64,000 nt of DNA from Candidatus Bathyarchaeota archaeon. Lineage in GTDB: Archaea > Thermoproteota > CALKCG01 > B24. Positions 60,105 through 64,000 of this stretch are shown one piece after another (position 1 is the stretch's first letter; each line of letters begins with the position of its first letter). The stretch is taken from NCBI GenBank assembly GCA_021161255.1, contig JAGHAZ010000056.1, positions 862 to 64,861 of the forward strand. The letters are read 5' to 3'. The position numbers were made by a program, and so were the translations under genes. The notes under the pieces were generated by a model. It did no database searches. It had not been told where the DNA came from and was given only the letters and a program-made list of their open reading frames with translations.

Positions 60105-60526
60105 GGTATCTTCTAGACGCATCGGCTTTGTACCCGCTTCTCAGAAGACTTGGAAAAAGCCTCTATAGGCACCTTAAGACGTTAGCAGTTCTGGACCTGA
60201 CTAAGTACGAGGTCGGTAACGCCTTATGGGTCGAGGTTAAACATGGGCTCGTCGTAGACTGGCTGCCTGTGGTAAAGGCTTGGATTGAGGTCTTCAGAGG
60301 GCTTAAGGAGCTTAAGGTGGAAGACTTGGTAGACGTGGAGGAGCTGGCTACTAGGCTTGACGTGACCTTCTACGACGCCGCTTACATCTTCACGGCTAAC
60401 CGGATGGGGCTAATCTTGGTTACTGAGGATGAGGAGATGCGGGATAAGGCATCTACCATAGAGGTCGATGTGGCTTCCGTAGACGAGCTTGTCGAGCGGC
60501 TACAGGGGAATACAGCTAAGCCATAA
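60083..60526 (+). CDS. vapC: PIN-domain toxin VapC
   Basis: LLDASA, YEVGNALW, TFYDAAY, LVTED. Confidence 0.9.
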   Translation: MEEKEDVRYLLDASALYPLLRRLGKSLYRHLKTLAVLDLTKYEVGNALWVEVKHGLVVDWLPVVKAWIEVFRGLKELKVEDLVDVEELATRLDVTFYDAAYIFTANRMGLILVTEDEEMRDKASTIEVDVASVDELVERLQGNTAKP

Positions 60527-60533
60527 GGACGGT

Positions 60534-60995
60534 TTAGACATATTTCAAGAGGATTACGATACCTAGGGCTGTTATCAAGAGGAATATGAGGAGCTTCAGC
60601 GTGAAGCCTATCCATGCAAGCTGTAGGATGGAACCCGGTATGGCCGCGATGTTCCAGCCCACCGTGATGAGCGTCGTGAATAATCCCCCCAAGCCGACTA
60701 TGAGCGCTATGATGCCTAGTATGAGCAGTAGGTTTTCCGAAGGCGGTGGAGCGGGGGGAGGGGCTGGTCCTTGGTAGATAGGCTCCTCCGGGATTATCAG
60801 TGCGGCGATTATGTATAGAAGAAGACCTGCACCCCAGACGAGTATCAAGGCCGCCCATAGAAGCCTTATGATAACTGGGTCTACGTTCAGGTACTCACCT
60901 ATCCCGCCACATACGCCTGCGATCACACGGTTTCTACGAGACCTATACAGCTGTCGGACCTGAGTGTTTGACTGAGCCATCGTATCGACGATCAT
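60534..60995 (-). CDS. PspC-domain membrane protein
   Basis: LYRSRRNRVIAGVCGGIGEYLNVDPVIIRL...YIIAALIIP, Pro-rich linker, two further TM helices. Confidence 0.9.
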   Translation of the reverse strand: MIVDTMAQSNTQVRQLYRSRRNRVIAGVCGGIGEYLNVDPVIIRLLWAALILVWGAGLLLYIIAALIIPEEPIYQGPAPPPAPPPSENLLLILGIIALIVGLGGLFTTLITVGWNIAAIPGSILQLAWIGFTLKLLIFLLITALGIVILLKYV

Positions 60996-61114
60996 TTTAT
61001 CGACACGGCTCTTTTAAACTATTCTTATCCGAGATAAACCGACGTGATTTTTCCTTCTACAGAACGAAATCTTTTTATCTACATGCCTTATGCATGTTTA
61101 AGGGTGTATCGACC

Positions 61115-62473
61115 ATGACTTGTTCAGACGGGAAGTTCGACGTGGTTATAGTCGGCGGTGGGGCTGGAGGGTATACGGCTGCTTTAACCGTGAAGAAGCT
61201 TTACCCAGACATCTCGGTTCTCCTCGTCAGGAAGGACAGCTATGCCCTGATCCCATGCGCCATACCGTATCTCTGCGCGACGATAGAGGCTTGCAATAGG
61301 AACCTTCTCCCAGACGCGCCTTTGAAGAAGGCGGGTGTGGAGATTCTCATAGACGAGGTCGTCGACATAGACTTGACGAACAAGCTTGTGAAGACCGCCG
61401 AGGGCAGGGAGATAGGCTATGGGAAGCTCATACTCGCGACCGGCTCCTCCCCAGTCGTCCCCAGGAGTATAAAGGGTACAGACCTCGAAGGCGTCTACAC
61501 GGTTGTTAAGAGCTTCAAAGCCATGGAGAGGCTTCAAGACGCCGTCCGGAAGGCTGAGCGTATAACGATCGTGGGCGGAGGGTTTATAGGCGTCGAGTTC
61601 GCAGACGACTTGGCTAACCTCAAGAAGAAGATAACGATCGTAGAGCTCCTGCCGCACTGTCTCATGCTGAACTTCGATGAGGAGTTCGCCGTAGAGGCTG
61701 AGGACGAGCTGAGGGCTAAGGGCGTCGACGTGGTTACGAACGCTAGGGTGGAAAGCATAGTCGGCGATGGAAAGGTGGAGGCGGTTAGGCTCGCCGATGG
61801 TAGGGAGATACCCTCAGACGTGGTCATCATGGCTGTGGGGGCTAGGCCTAACTCCGAGCTGGCTAAGAAGGCCGGTTTGAAGATAGGTGAGAGGGGGGCT
61901 ATAGTGGTTGACGAGTACATGCGCACCAGCAACCCTGACGTGCTGGCGGTGGGAGACTGCGCCGAGAAGAGGAGCTTCTTCACAGGGAAGCCTGTAAACC
62001 TCATGTTGGCGTCTATAGCGTGCTACGAGGCTAGGGTCGCCGGGATAAACCTGTTCGACATAAGGATCCCGAAGCCTATCAGGGGGGTCGTAGGGATCTT
62101 CCTGACCTACATCAACGGTAAGGCCTTCGGAACGGCTGGGTTGACCGAGAGCATGGCTAGGAGAGAGGGGTTCCAGGTGGAATCCTCTGTCGTGAAGGTT
62201 CCCAACAGGCATCCAGGGGTCCTTCCTGGAGCCAGGGAGACGAAGCTGAAGCTGGTGTTCTCTAAGCAATCAGGCCTCCTCCTAGGCGCTGAGGCCAGCG
62301 GAGGCGGAGACGTAGCCGAGCTTGTGAACTTCCTAGGGCTAGCCATCCAGAACAGGATGAACGCCAAGGAGATATCTATCCTACAGTACGGGACACAGCC
62401 ATTCTTAACCCCGTCGCCCGTAGGTTACCCGCCGGTAGTGGCGGCGCTAAACACCGTCAAGTTCGAGCGATAG
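61115..62473 (+). CDS. FAD-dependent pyridine nucleotide-disulfide oxidoreductase (NADH oxidase/CoA-disulfide reductase family)
   Basis: GGGAGG, redox Cys in IPCAIPY, ATGS, GGGFIGVE, AVGDC; likely ATG at 61115. Confidence 0.9.
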   Translation: MTCSDGKFDVVIVGGGAGGYTAALTVKKLYPDISVLLVRKDSYALIPCAIPYLCATIEACNRNLLPDAPLKKAGVEILIDEVVDIDLTNKLVKTAEGREIGYGKLILATGSSPVVPRSIKGTDLEGVYTVVKSFKAMERLQDAVRKAERITIVGGGFIGVEFADDLANLKKKITIVELLPHCLMLNFDEEFAVEAEDELRAKGVDVVTNARVESIVGDGKVEAVRLADGREIPSDVVIMAVGARPNSELAKKAGLKIGERGAIVVDEYMRTSNPDVLAVGDCAEKRSFFTGKPVNLMLASIACYEARVAGINLFDIRIPKPIRGVVGIFLTYINGKAFGTAGLTESMARREGFQVESSVVKVPNRHPGVLPGARETKLKLVFSKQSGLLLGAEASGGGDVAELVNFLGLAIQNRMNAKEISILQYGTQPFLTPSPVGYPPVVAALNTVKFER

Positions 62474-62524
62474 ACCCCTAGGTTTCTCCTACCAACGTTC
62501 TCCAAATTTTTACCCGGTTTGTTT

Positions 62525-63037
62525 TTAACGTTTAAACCCCCTCAGCCAGGAGACTAGCTCCATAATCATCCATACGACCGTGCTCCAGTAGGCGAAGTCT
62601 ACGAGGAAACATGCCGCTACTACACCCATCACCGGCGGGGGAGAGGGAGGAGGCGGCGGAGGGGAGATTATATATACTAGAAAACCTAGGGGGAAGCCGA
62701 ATTTAATCGTGTGGAAAAACACGTAGCTTGGCGGTAATACGGCTGTCAGCCAGGTTAGGATGAGACCTAGGGATATGGGGGCTAGCGAAGGTATGAGACG
62801 TGAATCTTTGACGGCTAAGACTAGGGTCGAGAGGCCGAAGATTACCAGAGCCGCCGGTAGAACCGGAAGCCTTGTTATGCAGCTTGTCGAAATGATGTAG
62901 CGCATAGGATAACGCGTCCAGCTCTCCGTCAACAGGGGATAGCCTCCCACCGCATACAGATAACAGCCTACAGCAGCTATGGCTACCCCTGAAGCAGAGA
63001 CCAACAGCCTAAAACTGCTCGATGATCGACCTGGCAA
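62525..63037 (-). CDS. Hypothetical membrane protein with poly-Pro loop
   Basis: Several hydrophobic segments, FGFPL, SPPPPPPSPPP; start uncertain. Confidence 0.55.
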   Translation of the reverse strand: MPGRSSSSFRLLVSASGVAIAAVGCYLYAVGGYPLLTESWTRYPMRYIISTSCITRLPVLPAALVIFGLSTLVLAVKDSRLIPSLAPISLGLILTWLTAVLPPSYVFFHTIKFGFPLGFLVYIISPPPPPPSPPPVMGVVAACFLVDFAYWSTVVWMIMELVSWLRGFKR

Positions 63038-63689
63038 TTTCCACAGCCTCCTCGTAGGAGAGATGGCTTCTGATCTGGTAGACTAGGTCGTCTACGTAGA
63101 AGTGGACCGTGCCTATCGGCTCGCTCCAGAGTTCGCACTCCACAGGGTCGTAGCCGAATACCGCTATCCCATCGACCATCCGATATGTCAGGTTAAACTG
63201 TTCAGCCCGTTCTCTAGCAACCTCCTCGGTGTTTATGTCGCTACACAAGGCCACGGCTTCGGGGTCTAGCCGGTGTATGATTATCATCATATCTGGAGCA
63301 CCTCCCTCTACGTCGAACGTCCATCCCTCGAGCATGTGCATGAGTACGAACGGGTTATCCTCCTCCGCTATGGGCTCGTCTGCGTAGAAGACGTATATCG
63401 TGTCCGAGTCGCTCGAGTATATCATCCTCACGTAGGTCATGTTAGCAGGTATCCTGGTCGGCAGCCTAACCGGACCGGAGGCGTTCAGAGCCCTAGCAGC
63501 CTCCTCTATCGACGGAACGACATCCGAGCTAACAGGTAGGATAGCCCCGCCACCCGTAGACCCACCGGTCGAGGAGCCTGTAGAAGTCTCCGTATCCGGT
63601 TCAGGAGCTGTCTGCATCACCGTGTAAACCGTTACCAGAGCAGCGGCGGCTAACATTAGTAGGGCTAAAGCAACTTCCCTACCTAGCAT
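63009..63689 (-). CDS. Secreted or membrane-anchored hypothetical protein (DUF4367-like C-terminus)
   Basis: N-terminal hydrophobic helix, S/T/G linker, SIEEA..LP..IP, LSYEEAVEIARSI. Confidence 0.65.
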   Translation of the reverse strand: MLGREVALALLMLAAAALVTVYTVMQTAPEPDTETSTGSSTGGSTGGGAILPVSSDVVPSIEEAARALNASGPVRLPTRIPANMTYVRMIYSSDSDTIYVFYADEPIAEEDNPFVLMHMLEGWTFDVEGGAPDMMIIIHRLDPEAVALCSDINTEEVARERAEQFNLTYRMVDGIAVFGYDPVECELWSEPIGTVHFYVDDLVYQIRSHLSYEEAVEIARSIIEQF

Positions 63690-63823
63690 TCTTCAATAAA
63701 ACCCTTCACCTGAAGCCATTTAAACTTTTAACGAGATCCCTGGCTCTAAGCAACTACCTGCTAGCCCTGAAAGGTAGTGGATAGGAGAGAAGCTTATATC
63801 AGAGAACATCCGTATATTCATGT

Positions 63824-64000
63824 ATGACAGTAATTACTGTAAGGATAGATGAGGAGACGAAGAGGATGATGAAGGCGATTAAGATCAACTGGAGCGAGTT
63901 CATCAGAAACGCTATAAGAACCAAGGTGATGGAGGAGAGGAGGAGGAATTTGGCGAAAGCCGTCTTGATCAACGAGAGGATAAGGAGAAAGAGCGTCGGC
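63824..64000 (+). CDS. RHH antitoxin (VapB-like), runs off window end
   Basis: MTVITVRIDEETKRMMKAIKINWSEFIRNAI. Confidence 0.8.
   Translation, partial: MTVITVRIDEETKRMMKAIKINWSEFIRNAIRTKVMEERRRNLAKAVLINERIRRKSVG

Overview
64 kb of an archaeal chromosome, TACK-like and most consistent with Bathyarchaeia (L13e, TFE, Hjc, aCPSF1/FttA, thermosome, exosome/proteasome superoperon, CFI-box-CTERM surface protein, many sugar-catabolic TIM barrels). Housekeeping content includes the DUF54-Rpp30-Pop5-PsmA-SBDS-Rrp4/41/42-L37Ae-Pcc1 superoperon, PsmB-aCPSF1, porGDAB, ppsA and two moeA. Several features are absent from the ORF track: the RNase P RNA gene (minus strand, about 29663-29990), two box C/D sRNAs (44981-45190), a decayed integrative element abutting rnpB, and frameshifted cofE-like, PaREP1 and CooT genes. 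The most striking observation is a bacterial-type peptidoglycan-sugar salvage module (namZ divergent from murK-like kinase and murQ) in an organism that should have no murein. The same window holds a bacterial-type nagB, an EtfAB/GlcD-type putative D-lactate dehydrogenase operon, POR and PEP synthase. Together these sketch a nearly complete route for catabolising MurNAc from bacterial cell walls. All calls come from motif recognition by eye; no database searches were run.
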